Part shown: positions 14,107 to 27,203 of the stretch, one piece after another
Position numbering within the stretch: position 1 is the stretch's first letter
Layout of the letters: each line of letters begins with the position of its first letter
NCBI GenBank assembly: GCA_964016885.1
Contig: OZ024741.1
Coordinates: forward strand, 107,074,001-107,138,000
Length of the DNA: 64,000 nt
Reading direction: 5' to 3'
Source of the DNA: Eledone cirrhosa
Lineage: Eukaryota
Notes under the pieces: model-generated
The model's database searches: none
Seen by the model: only the letters and a program-made list of their open reading frames with translations
What the model was told of the DNA's origin: nothing
Position numbers and translations under genes: made by a program

Positions 14107-15127
14107 AATGGAATCCCCAAGAGGATAGTGGACCTGATATCACTGCTCTACACCAACACCAAAGCCCAAGTCATTATACCTGATGGGATGACAGAGTTCT
14201 TTGAGATACTGGCTGGAGTGCTCCAGGGAGATACATTGGCTCCCTACCTTTTTATCATCGTAGTGGAGTATTGTATGCGCCTTGCACTGGAGAAACACCA
14301 GGACTCTGGCTTTACTGTAGTACCGGCTCAGAGCAGGAGAGTTGGGGCGAAAAAGGTATCGCATGCTGAATTTGCCGACGACATAGTTTTGGTGACAAAT
14401 ACAGTGAAGGAGGCAGAGGATTTGATGCGGGAGGTTGAGACTGTGTCGATGAGTGTGGGGCTGAGAATGAATGAGACTAAAACAAAATATCTGGTAGAGA
14501 ATGTTGAGAAGCCAGAGGGGATCACTAATGTAGGCGGGAAGCCGCTGGAATTGGTTGAGGACTTCCTGTATTTGGGAGCAAAGATTGGGAATACGGAGGA
14601 TGATGTGGTTGAGAGGAAGAGCAAGGCCTGGGCGGCGTGTCACAGCTTGCGATCGGTGTGGAAGTCGGACCTTCGTAGAGACCTGAAAATCCGCCTCTTC
14701 ATTGCTGTAGTGGAGTCTGTGCTGCTGTATGGGTCTGAGACTTGGACACTGACCAAGAGACTCACTCAGATGGTGGATGGGTGCTACACGAGAATGCTGA
14801 GGATGGCTCTGAACATTAATCAGTATACACTGAGGATGAAAAACTCGGACCTGTATGGGAGCATCCCAAAAGTCAGCTCAAAAGTGACACAGAGGAGACT
14901 GAGGTTGGCTGGACATGCTCACCGACATCCAGAGTTGACATTGCACTCAGTGCTCCTTTGGGAGCCCCTACATGGACACACTAGAAGAGGAAGACCAAGG
15001 TTAACATATGTTGATGCCCTAAGGACAGACACTGGTCTGTTGGAGATGCAGGATATGGCAGCGATAATGAGGGACAGAGACCGCTGGAGAGAACTCGTCC
15101 ATGGATCTCGGGAATTTTACCCGCCTT

Positions 15128-15129
<2 letters not shown>
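14107..15129 (+). mobile_element. 5'-truncated RTE-clade LINE, open RT/C-terminal ORF
   Basis: GVLQGDTLAPYLF, EFADDIVL, FLYLGA, SVLLYGSETWTL, GRPRLTY…DRDRWR; (TA)n on both sides. Confidence 0.92.
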
Positions 15130-15172
<43 letters not shown>

Positions 15173-15390
15173 GACGAGAAAACTATATATTCTCCACTGT
15201 TTTCAAGTCATGCAGTCGCAGGTCTGGGAGGGATCGTCCTGGTTAGGACCAGTTAAGTCCGAAATGCATCGATGATTGTCCACTTACTTCTGCTGGACAC
15301 CCCCAGAGGGCGTTAGCCCCGGTGTTTTTTGCATAGCTACGGCTTTCTAAATGTTTACCTGTCAGCATTCCGTGTTTGCTGAGAAATACG

Positions 15391-15504
<114 letters not shown>

Positions 15505-15656
15505 TAGTAATAGGTAAATAAAAATTCATGGTGTAGAGCAAACCAAGTCTGCACAGTTCTCTTTTATCGGCACGGGTTGATGAACGAAACGTACATACCT
15601 GGTAGGGTGCCGTTGTAGTAACTGACTTGAAAAGTTATATATATATATATATATAT

Positions 15657-15820
15657 AGTAATAATAATAAATTTGAAGATTAAAATCCCAAAAGGGCTCG
15701 ATAAGGATAAATATATATCAAATATATAAGAACCGTAGAGCAAATATTTATTAAAATAACAGACTAAAGTTTAAGCAAAGAATCGCTGCTTTTACCTTTA
15801 ACGGGATCTTCTGAAACTCA
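15657..15820. repeat. Dispersed repeat modules (also at 10484, 20730, 21150, 21767, 54359, 55118, 58243)
   Basis: gtaataataataaatttgaagattaaaatcc…gctcgataaggataaat joined to attaaaataacagactaaagtttaagcaaagaatcgctgc. Confidence 0.8.
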
Positions 15821-15843
15821 ATATGTATATATATATAACTTAA

Positions 15844-15952
<109 letters not shown>

Positions 15953-16095
15953 TCAGGTTTGAGGTTCACCACTGTATAGAGCTGGTCTATTCCGTATGGT
16001 CAATCGTAATGCAATAATATAGAGAGTACTCAACGTAAAGCAGTTCAACCGTCTTTGTTTTTGTAGTTGGTGGTGCTATTACGGAGTTAAATATT

Positions 16096-16729
16096 ATAGT
16101 GAAATGACAGGGGGCTGGATTTGTGTAAATCCTTGAAAGGTTTATTATACTATGATCATTTCAATGACCGGGTTCCGTATGAATCCGGTGATATCATCAG
16201 GTATTCGAAATATAATACGTGAATGTAATAGGTAAAATCCATGGGGCTGAAAATCGAGACCCGAGGGCGACCGCTATTCTGTTCCTTCAACCTCAGCCGG
16301 TCGCCCTGGAGTGACGTGGCTAAATTTTATAGTATGCTACTACCGGTCAGATGAACGAAAACAGAAAGAGATGGGAGCATAGGTTAACGTCGATCCCATG
16401 ACACAAGGTAAAAGAAAGATGTGTCATGGGATCGACGTTAACCTATGCTCCCATCTCTTTCTGTTTTCGTTCATCTGACCGGTAGTAGCATACTATAAAA
16501 TTTAGCCACGTCACTCCAGGGCGACCGGCTGAGGTTGAAGGAACAGAATAGCGGTCGCCCTCGGGTCTCGATTTTCAGCCCCATGGATTTTACCTATTAC
16601 ATTCACGTATTATATTTCGAATACCTGATGATATCACCGGATTCATACGGAACCCGGTCATTGAAATGATCATAGTATAATAAACCTTTCAAGGATTTAC
16701 ACAAATCCAGCCCCCTGTCATTTCACTAT
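16096..16729. repeat. Long palindrome: 310-bp arms, 14-nt loop, degenerate HHR in each arm
   Basis: 16096-16405 is the reverse complement of 16420-16729; loop aggtaaaagaaaga; CTGATGA…GGAAC ccg GTC at 16625-16659. Confidence 0.93.
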
Positions 16730-17352
16730 TATATATATATATATATATATATATAGGAATCATATTTCTCATATTGTAATCTGATTTTTACATTATGATA
16801 TGCATTGATTATAAGGATTCGATTTCTGTCTGCCAAGTTCTCCAATTGAGGACGTACGTAGTATCCGTCACGGAAGAGCGGCTTTGAACACTGATTTATA
16901 TTTGAAAGGTTCAACACGTTCAATGGGGCCCGTCAAATTTAGGAGCTGTAGTATTGAATAACTACAACAGTCACTAATGTGATATAAATGTTCATTTGAA
17001 CTTGTTTGTATATATATATGATGGACTCTCCCGTCGATATCCGACATATGAGTGTCCAACAAAAGTGAGAAACTGAACTGATGTTGAACTACCCACACAA
17101 AGTTTTGTTTTAAGTGGTGAAGGCTTGTGTAGGATCAACCACACTTTTTGGAAATGACGGCACATATGACAGCCCTCATAGAAAAAATACCCACTAAAAA
17201 ATACTATTTGGATGGCCGTTGGATGGCCGACCTTTGCCGGATCTTGTATTTCTTCCCGCTGAGTGTCCAAATATCACCCTCCTCACCAAGCAAGCTTGGT
17301 GCGGTTGCCAGTTTAGTCACCGACGACCCGACCATGAACACTCGTGAGCGAC

Positions 17353-17394
<42 letters not shown>

Positions 17395-17402
17395 CATGTA
17401 CG

Positions 17403-17434
<32 letters not shown>

Positions 17435-17825
17435 ATGACATAATACGCATTGCTATGGCCGGCTTACGTCATCAGACCATGACGCAAGACAATCGGCGAT
17501 GTAATGAACATAGAAGATTTGAAAGATTTAATTCAGCAATTCCTACTGAGTTGCAGCAACATATAAACTAAAACTTGAAACGGTGCGGTCCGGCTAGTGA
17601 TGAGATCACTATGACGAACGGCCTCCGTATGTTTATATTTTGCTGTAACCCAGCAGGGATAATTAATCTGTAAAATGTTTTATGTTTATTACACCTGATG
17701 ACGTTGCCGATTTTCTTGCATCATAGTCAGCTGAGGTAATCCGGTCATAGAAATATGTATTATGTAATTGGAATGCCTGGATCTACCTATTTCATCATCC
17801 AACATAAACGGTATAAAGATACATG

Positions 17826-17905
<80 letters not shown>

Positions 17906-18239
17906 CACGTGTGTGTGTTTGTGTATAAATACGAGAAAGATAGAAGTTTCTTAGAATGTTTTGTCTATAGAAAAATAGCATAAATAATAGCCTTTGTAAC
18001 GGACAGAAATTGACATTAGCACCCCACGTTTATATTCTATACGAATGAAATAGTTATAGTCTTGTAGAATTTATTTCTATATAAATTTAAAATGCCTATA
18101 CTCTACCAACGTATTGGGTACCTTTTTAATTGTGGTCACCTCCCCGATCCCCATCAGGAATTCACCCATAATTATACACACACACACACACACACAAACC
18201 CACACACATACACACACACACACGCACGCACGCACACAC

Positions 18240-18322
<83 letters not shown>

Positions 18323-18684
18323 CACGCATCACACCAATAAAACAGACGAACAATTCGATTTCCATAATTCAATGAAATTCAATGAAAGTTGAAAACATTA
18401 TTCCGACATATTTCACTCTTTCAAGATTGTTCTAGAATAAAAAGAAATAGAGAGAATCACACTAGCTGACCACTTAATGTCACATTGTTCACTGTTTGAA
18501 TTTTCTGAGAATAGCTGTACTTGATGTCATCTACTGCAGTCTGTTGTGTGAGTTGTATAAGCAGTGAATAGCTGTTATTTGTTTAGTTATGACAATTTAC
18601 ATTGTGCACATATAATGGCTTTCTCCTAGCATCGCTTCCGGATAAATATATATACAGATGATGCTAGTGGAAGCAATAATAATA

Positions 18685-19170
18685 ATTATTATTTCTACTT
18701 TTAGCACAAGGCCAGCAATGTTTGGGGGTCATGTGCGTCGATTATATTAACCCAGTAATTGACTAGTGCTTTTATTTTACCGATCAGAAGAATGAAAAGT
18801 AATGTTGACCTCGGCTACTAACAGCAACAATAACAACAATTTTTTCTACGTAGAGCTCAAAGCTAACTTGAACTCATTTAGCTGAAAGCTAATTTGAACT
18901 CAGAATGTAAAGGGCCTTAACTAAATACAGCAAAGCATTTTGTCCGACACTCAACCGATACTGTCAATCCATCTTCCTTAATTCATTTCTAATTTAGGGA
19001 CAGGACCAGCACATTTGTGGGAAAGGGCTAAGTTTATTAATTCAATCCTAGTGCTTTACTGGTACATTATTTTATCGGTCTCAGAAGAATGAAAGGAAAA
19101 GTTGACCTTGGTGGGATTTGAACTCACGACCGCAAATCATTACCGACGTTGTAACGGTACGGTCAATCTA
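18685..19170 (-). mobile_element. Cluster of old degenerate tRNA-SINE copies (family 1)
   Basis: tttctacttttagcacaaggccagcaat…gaatgaaaggaaaagttgaccttggtgggatttgaactca matches family 1 in reverse. Confidence 0.7.
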
Positions 19171-19214
19171 TACTGATGATTTCTTATATTTGCTGTAATC
19201 GCTTTGGATAGAGG

Positions 19215-19652
19215 AGACATTACAAAGGCATGTTACCACATTAAGTTGCGGGTTTACATACAACTGAGAAAAGGGCGTAATAAATGTACATAGTTTACAA
19301 GTTAGGCATATATATGAATATATATGAATATATATGAATATATATATATATATATATGAATATATATGTAGAATATAATGAAACGAAATTTCATTTCTCA
19401 CTCTTAGTACGGCACTTACTTAAATGTAAGTATGTATGTATACGTGCATACATATATGTATACAGACGTACAGTAGCATGTATATAAATACATACAGGCA
19501 CACATACATATATGCACGTATCAGTTTACCGAACATTTATTATAATGCTCGGTTTGTTCGTTTGTAAACAAACCAACAACCTGGAATATATATGAATATA
19601 TATGAATATATGAATATATGAATATATATGAATATATATGAATATATATATA

Positions 19653-19712
<60 letters not shown>

Positions 19713-19912
19713 TATATATTCATATATATTCATATATATTCCTACATATGCCTAACTATATATATATATATAGATATATTCATATATATTCATATATATT
19801 CATATATATTCATATATATGCCTAACTTGTAAACTATGTACATTTATTACGCCCTTTTCTCGGTTGTATGTAAACCCGCAACTTAATGTGGTAACATGCC
19901 TTTGTAATGTCT
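19215..19912. repeat. Inverted repeat with ~130-bp arms
   Basis: agacattacaaaggcatgttaccacattaagttgcggg…gttaggcat (19215-19310) versus its reverse complement at 19817-19912. Confidence 0.88.
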
Positions 19913-19937
19913 GCAATAACGCAGCTCGCCATTTTTC

Positions 19938-19976
<39 letters not shown>

Positions 19977-20467
19977 TATTATATATGAGGCATTCATTCT
20001 CCCTGGTGTTACAGAGAGCTGAATACCTAGCGAGAGTGTTTCCTTCCAACTGCCAATTTTTATTTTTTTTATTTCTATGGCTGAAACCTTCAGGACAATA
20101 TAATGAACAGGGTCAGTGGGGATTTACAAGCGAGTAAATAAAGAAAATAATTGAAACTTAACGAACATGTTAAAACAGTGGAATCTATGATTCATCACAT
20201 AAGGTGGAGATATTCATGTATAGATCTGGTGGGGATTACCCACGTTTGGGCATACCCGACCTAGCTGTCAAAGACAAGTTTTAACCTCATTGCTAGCATT
20301 TTAGCCAACATTTTAAACTTCGTCGTGAGCATATTTAAAAGCTAGATATTTTCAATTATGCTGCTTCCTTGTTCGTACCTTTCCCTCATTAGCTCTTCCC
20401 CTCTGCGTCTCACAGAAAAGGAAATTCTCCCTATTAGATATTAAGTTGTAGGACTAATATATATATA

Positions 20468-21145
20468 TCTATCTAAAACAGAGAAGGTCTGTCTGTTTGA
20501 CTCGCTAAAACTCGAGAACCACCCAACCGACTTTTTTCAAACTTTACACAAGTAATACTTATGGTCGTGTGAGTGTTTTGAGCAAAAAATATTTCAAGTT
20601 TTCAATGCCCTAGTACCCCCATTAGATAGCTATAACGTCGCACCCTTATAATATCTCTCTGTATATCTGACTGTCTGCATTACGACATTATGACACTATC
20701 TGTGTGTGTGTATATATATGTATATATAGTGTGTAACGTTTTTCAAAATATTTACTTCTGCGTACACAGATTGATTTTTTTTTAGTTTCAGAAGATCACA
20801 TTAAGGGTGAAAGCAGCGATTCTTCGCTTAAACTTTAATCTGTTATTTTAATATATATATATAATTATATATTCGTGTACAGATATTTTTGCATACACAA
20901 TAACAAAATATAAACAAATGTATTTATTTCACGAGGCTCGTTAGCAGCAAAAACAACAACAAAAAAGAGGGGGAACGCAATTACATGCTTTTGAAAATTA
21001 TTTGCCTATTCACCCAAGGCGACTTCACTTTTTATTAGGACTTCTTCATCAATTGGTGAACATACGATGAAACTGTTTCAGAAAGGGGGGATAAAGATGA
21101 CAATATATGTTTAGAATCCCGAGCAACGCTGGGCCATTCTGCTAG
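20468..21145 (+). mobile_element. Non-autonomous Helitron
   Basis: A|TCTATCTAAAAC…CCCGAGCAACGCTGGGCCATTCTGCTAG|T; 5' region similar to the reverse complement of 10200-10310. Confidence 0.78.
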
Positions 21146-21520
21146 TATATATTAAAATAACAGATTAAAGTTTAAGCAAAGAATGGCTGCTTTTACCCTT
21201 AACGGGATCTCCTGAAACTAAAAAAAATTAGTCTGTAGACGCGCAAAAGTAAATATTTCGGAAAAAGTTGCAACTGAAGGAAAACAGGAAGACGATACTT
21301 TGGTTCGTGAAGACGTTCCCTGGCAATGAACGGGAAAAAAGCGAGGATAATTACGCCGTTATGTGGAGCGGTGGGAACAATTTCACGCAAAGACAAAAAA
21401 AAAAACAACAAAAAAACAACAACAAAACCACGTTTATGGTATGAATGATTCTCAGCTCCGGAGTTTAAGAATAATGTTAATAAATATTGGCTCTACGGTT
21501 TTTATATATTTATATATAAC

Positions 21521-21730
21521 CACTCAGAGTGGTTAGAGAATTGGATTCACAATCTTGAGGTTGTGAGTTCGATTCCTGGACCGGGCGATGCGTTATGTCC
21601 TTGAGCAAGACACTTTATTTCACGTTGCTCTTTCTACATGGAGTTGCGACCGATAGATAGTACTAGCAACTGGAAAGACCAACGGAAACATTGTTTTCTC
21701 GGTCCGATGTGACGAAAGTCGATCGATTAA
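21521..21730 (+). mobile_element. tRNA-derived SINE, family 2 (partial copy at 62531-62670)
   Basis: A-box-like cagagtggttag, B box gagttcgattcc, then tgtccttgagcaagacactttatttcac (CORE/V-like domain). Confidence 0.75.
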
Positions 21731-21826
21731 AATATATATATATATATATATATATTAATCTGATCGAGCCCTCTTTAGATTTTAGTTTTCACATTTATTA
21801 TTATTACTATATATATATATACGTAT

Positions 21827-21883
<57 letters not shown>

Positions 21884-21889
21884 TATGTA

Positions 21890-21916
21890 TAACCCTAACC
21901 CTAACCCTAACCCTAA
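21890..21916 (-). repeat. Interstitial (TTAGGG)4 telomere-type repeat
   Basis: taaccctaaccctaaccctaaccctaa. Confidence 0.85.
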
Positions 21917-21968
21917 ATAACAGCCGTACTAATAGTGAGAAATGAAATTTCGTTTCATTTTTGCCGTT

Positions 21969-22030
<62 letters not shown>

Positions 22031-22037
<7 letters not shown>

Positions 22038-23160
22038 GACGTAAAATAAGAAAATTATAAAAATTAACATACTTACTAAAATTTCACTCCAACTAATTAG
22101 TTTCTGAAAGGGAATAAACATAGTTTCCGAAGAAACGTACGGAGAAGCCTTTCGTCATCAGAGAAGTCTATTCTCAGCTAAGTTTCCAGGCAATGCGTGG
22201 ACACAGGTAACTTATACAAAAATAATTCAGTGGATAGAAAAAAGCAAAGCGTGGACTAAGTTCCAAGCCATTGAAAAAATCACTGCCCACTGCGTCGGTG
22301 GCAAATTCAAAAGAATCAATCACGTGACATCGAGGTTAATCAGTGAGGAGTGTTTTGTTAAGAAGACAGCAGCCGAACCGTTACTATGAACTATAGTAAC
22401 AGTTTTGGCCAATTTTGGCCCGACAAAATAATTTGGAGATAATTATAAAGAATTAGTATATTTACTAACATATATATACAGATGCATACCTATGCCAGCA
22501 AATATATAGGTTTTGTCTTAGTAACTTTGTGGTTCAATGCATGGGGATGCAGAACAATAATATGAAAGACGTAAAATAAGAAAATTATAAAAATTAACTT
22601 ACTTACTAAAATTTCACTCCAACTAATTAGTTTCTGAAAGGGAATAAACGTAGTTTCCGAGAAACGTACGGAGAAGCCTTTCGTCATCAGGGAAGTCTAT
22701 TCTCAGCTAAGTTTCCAGGCAATGCTGTCTTCTTAACAAAACACTCCTCACTGATTAACCTCGATGTCACGTGATTGATTCTTTTGAATTTGCCACCGAC
22801 GCAGTAGGCAGTGATTTTTTCAATGGCTTGGAACTTAGTCCACGCTTTGCTTTTTTCCATCCACTGAATTATTTTTCTATAAGTTACCTGTGTCCACGTA
22901 TTGCCTGGAAACTTAGCTGAGAATAGACTTCCCTGATGACGAAAGGCTTCTCCGTACGTTTCTTCGGAAACTATGTTTATTCCCTTTCAGAAACTAATTA
23001 GTTGGAGTGAAATTTTAGTAAGTTAATTTTTATAATTTTCTTATTTTACGTCTTTCATATTATTGTTCTGCATCCCCATGCATTGGACCACAAAGTTACT
23101 AAGACAAAACCTATATATTTTCTGGCATAGGTATGCATCTGTATATATATGTTAGTAGAT
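22031..23160. mobile_element. Retrozyme or Penelope-pLTR-like non-coding element: 1.3 tandem 530-nt units plus an inverted copy, three HHR motifs
   Basis: 22031-22195 repeats at 22561-22725; HHRs on minus at ~22086-22168 and ~22616-22696 and on plus at ~22927-23007 (acttcc CTGATGA cgaa…ttcg GAAAC ta…ta GTT ggagt); (TA)n flanks. Confidence 0.8.
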
Positions 23161-23161
23161 A

Positions 23162-23223
<62 letters not shown>

Positions 23224-23237
23224 TATATATATATATC

Positions 23238-23422
23238 ATAATTATTTCTACTTTAGGCACAAGGCCAACAATTACCCAGTGCATTACTGGTACTTTATTT
23301 TATCGACCCCGTAAGGATGAAAGGCAAAGTCAACCTCGGCGGGATTTGAACTCAGATCGTAAAGGGACGTAACTATGCTGGAAAGCATGGCGTCCGACCC
23401 TCTACCGATACTGCCAATCCAC
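23238..23422 (-). mobile_element. tRNA-derived SINE, family 1
   Basis: Full-length reverse-complement match to 24561-24750. Confidence 0.9.
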
Positions 23423-23440
23423 ATGATGATCATATATATA

Positions 23441-24175
23441 TATAGTTAATTATGCTAATTGGGAGAGGAAATGGTATATATTTTATCTTGTGATTCTATA
23501 GACATGTTTTATGATATATAGCTCTGATTATTTAATTTATTAAATTTTCATTGAGCCACAAAGTGATCCGTTGCAAAACACGTATATGTATATATATGTA
23601 TATATATATGTAAACTTTTATATGTAATAATCTCCCATTAGGTTGTGATTCAAATTTGGCTGTATTGTGCTGTGCTTTCTAGCAAAAAAGCCACCAGGTG
23701 TAAGCAACTACCACACCCTTTCCAACCTGACCGCGACTACGTCACGATTCTTAGTCATTTTGAATGAATTCTTGGCGCGATCACTTTGGAAAATTTAGTG
23801 TCTAGATCAGAGCAAATCTCCTGATGAATCCGATGCTCGAGTTATATAATTATTACATAATTATTGGAAATCTCAAAATGCGGACCAAACCATGGTAGAG
23901 GTATTTAAATGTATTCTATTTTCTCCTAGTTTATTTTACACCTAATTCTGTTTAATTGACTGTATCTGGGCGATTACGCTGTCGAAATATTCGATAAATA
24001 TTCCGTTGCGGCCGACGCGAAGGGCTAGTTTCGGTTATTTGTTGGAGATTTCTTCATAGAAGCCTCATTCTTATAGCCTGGTCTATTCGATTTTTTATAT
24101 AGTTAATTATGCTAATTGGGAGAGGAAATAGTATATATTTTATCTTGTGACTCTATAGACATGTTTTATGATATA
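23441..24175 (+). mobile_element. HHR-bearing non-coding element, ~655-nt unit with ~75-nt terminal direct repeat
   Basis: 23441-23520 repeats at 24096-24175; tctc CTGATGA atccg…cggac (C)AAAC catg GTA gagg at 23817-23901; related copies at 32391-33000 and 33455-33790. Confidence 0.75.
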
Positions 24176-24224
24176 TATATTAGATATTAAGTTGTAGGAC
24201 TGATATATATATATATATATATTC

Positions 24225-25500
24225 GCTCACTTATTCTTGAGAGGGTTGTCGGTACAGAGTCTTTAGGCACATCTTTCAGATGGTATTATCAGAAGCAAGC
24301 GTCTCCATGCGTGACCAGCCGAGCTCATGGATCTTATCTATACATCTTGCTCAGGGTCTACCTTTAGGTTTCCTGCCGATAAACTCTCTCCAGTAATTCT
24401 TCCTTGGACATGTTAACCACATGTCCATTCTAATATCTAAATGCAGAGAAATAACGGCTCTACCTGGAGTGATTCTCTTATCTCCGAGTTATGCACTCTG
24501 TCAAATAACGTTACACTAACGCCTTTCAGTGAAAGGCGATAGTGTAATATTATTTGACAGCGGTGGATTGGCAGTATCGGTAGAGGGTCGGACGCCATGC
24601 TTTCCAGCACAGAGTTACGGCCCTTGCCATTCTGAGTTCAAATCCCGCCGAGGTTAACTTTGCCTTTCATCCTTACGGGGTCGATAAAATATAGTACCAG
24701 TAATGTACTGAGTAATTGCTGGCCTTGTGCCAAAAGTAGAAACAATTATTTGACAGAGTGGCCGAAATGGTATTTCTCTGAAAGTTTCAGAGAAATGCCA
24801 TTTCGGCCACTTGAACTCGAGATTGTATTCTTTCGGTCATTACCCTAAATTATGACCATAATTAAGTTTTGGCACGAACACTTAATTGAAGATAGTGGAT
24901 TTGGTTTTTACACATACCACCCTTTTTCTGATGACCGAATACTGAAGCTGGCGCATTACGGTACCAGCCTCTACAATTCTTGCAATTAATTCAGCTTCCT
25001 GCATTCCATCATTCGTAAACACGGCCCCCCAGATACTTGAAATTGTCCACCTACCACAGTGTCTCTCCACTCACATGCTGAGTGCATTGCGTAGGCTTTG
25101 ATGAGGGGGTGGGTGTCTCAGTCTTCGCAGGACTAATTTTCATGAATACCGTGCAGAACTCGACAGCAAATATCAGCAGACTGATCCTACACCTGCTGGT
25201 CATAATACCACTTTCAACCCCGCTGCACATGACAATCTTGTTCACGGAGATTATGAACAGATGCGGTGACAATACGCACTCTTGGCAGAGTCCGATACCC
25301 ACATTGATTCATTTTGACTTAGCACCATTTATCCGAAGTCAAATACTTGGGCACTCGTATAGGGATTTCAAGGTAATAAGGTGTTCCTTGATCACATACT
25401 CCTGCAGAACCTTCCACATGTCTCATGGAATGCAGTCGAAATCCACGAAACAAGTATACACTTCTTGGTAATACTGCCCGATTCTTAGAATATTTGCTCC
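24225..25500 (-). mobile_element. Decayed RTE-type LINE 3' part, interrupted by a SINE
   Basis: CFVDF, GIGLCQECVLSPHLFII (for GxRQGCxLSP), YLGAVFT, …KPKGRP remnants on the minus strand. Confidence 0.75.
24561..24750 (+). mobile_element. tRNA-derived SINE, family 1, with TSD
   Basis: A box tggcagtatcgg, B box gagttcaaatcc, central gcctttcatccttacggggtcgataaaa, tail acaattatt; TSD attatttgacag. Confidence 0.92.
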
Positions 25501-25632
25501 AGATTGATCAGTTTGCTTCATAACCAAGTGATTTCGCATCCTGTCTCATTGCGTGGCACATTGGCAAGTGATTTCTACCAGAATGTCATATAGACCAATG
25601 CCGTGTGAGTGAAATGGATTACAGCTCTTAGA

Positions 25633-25692
<60 letters not shown>

Positions 25693-25980
25693 GTCTGTGT
25701 GTGTGAGTGCGTGAGTATGTGGGTGTATATGCGTTTGTGTGCCTGAGTGAGTGTGTGTGTGAACGTGTGTGTGTATGTATGGTATATATGTGTATTTGTG
25801 TGAGGGTTTTTGTTTACATTTACATTTAGTATCTTACGTTCTGTAACTTAGCTGTTCGACAAAAAGAGACCGATAATTACGAACTATGAGATATGATCCA
25901 CTACATTCTATCAATGTGGTGCTTTAGTATGGCCATACACTAATGATTGAAGCAAGTAAATAAACATAAGAATATATACA

Positions 25981-26057
<77 letters not shown>

Positions 26058-26080
26058 ATATATATATTATAAATGTATAT

Positions 26081-26162
26081 ATACAGGGTGTCCCTCAAAA
26101 TATATACACACTTCAACAGCATTCTAATAAAAGTGTGTATACATGTTTGGGAACACCCTGTA
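26081..26162. mobile_element. Tc1/mariner-like MITE (related copy at 45885-45985)
   Basis: TA|CAGGGTGTCCC…GGAACACCCTG|TA terminal inverted repeats in a TA site. Confidence 0.75.
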
Positions 26163-26172
26163 TATATATCTA

Positions 26173-26264
<92 letters not shown>

Positions 26265-26266
26265 CA

Positions 26267-26374
<108 letters not shown>

Positions 26375-26384
26375 GTGTGTGTGT

Positions 26385-26455
<71 letters not shown>

Positions 26456-26495
26456 ACTATATACATGTATATATATGTATGTATGCATGTATGGA

Positions 26496-26607
<112 letters not shown>

Positions 26608-26644
26608 CTATATACATGTATATATATGTATGTATCCATGTATG

Positions 26645-26755
<111 letters not shown>

Positions 26756-27203
26756 GCGCTCGTGTGTCATGTGTGGTTTGCGTGACATGTGTTTGTGGAA
26801 TTGTAAGAACAATACCACTTTCCTCCATTCAAACTAACAGAATACCAAATACTCGCATTAAGCCACGCCCATTTTTACTGTTCACGAAAATAAATAAGTA
26901 AAGCGCTTAGATGAAAATATTCAAAGAAAAGTGCACTACATAACAAAACATTACCATATATAACGGGCAACACAACGTCTGCGTATATTCTCCCTGGAGA
27001 CTATCAATTGGTGGAAAGCATTAGTTTTAGCCACGCCTACATCAGTCAGTTCCACTACTTTCTCTCTTTCTCTCTTTATATCTCTCTCATCAATTGATAT
27101 AAACACTTCTTAATAGCTTCCGTCGGCCAGTAGCGCTCAAGCGAGACTTCACATTACAAACGAACTCTTTCTCAACAAGATTAACACGTATTATTTTTCT
27201 TGC

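Noticed and set aside
16755-17350. Unique-looking segment with short minus-strand ORFs, considered as a PLE GIY-YIG/RT relic
   Set aside because: No recognisable motif; a translated homology search would be needed
17455-17760. CTGATGA motifs at ~17467 (minus) and ~17695 (plus) in a weak inverted repeat
   Set aside because: No properly placed GAAA or closing stems; too decayed to call as HHR
24561-24660. tRNA gene calls for A/B-box sequences
   Set aside because: No cloverleaf; multi-copy with body, tail and TSD, so they are SINE heads
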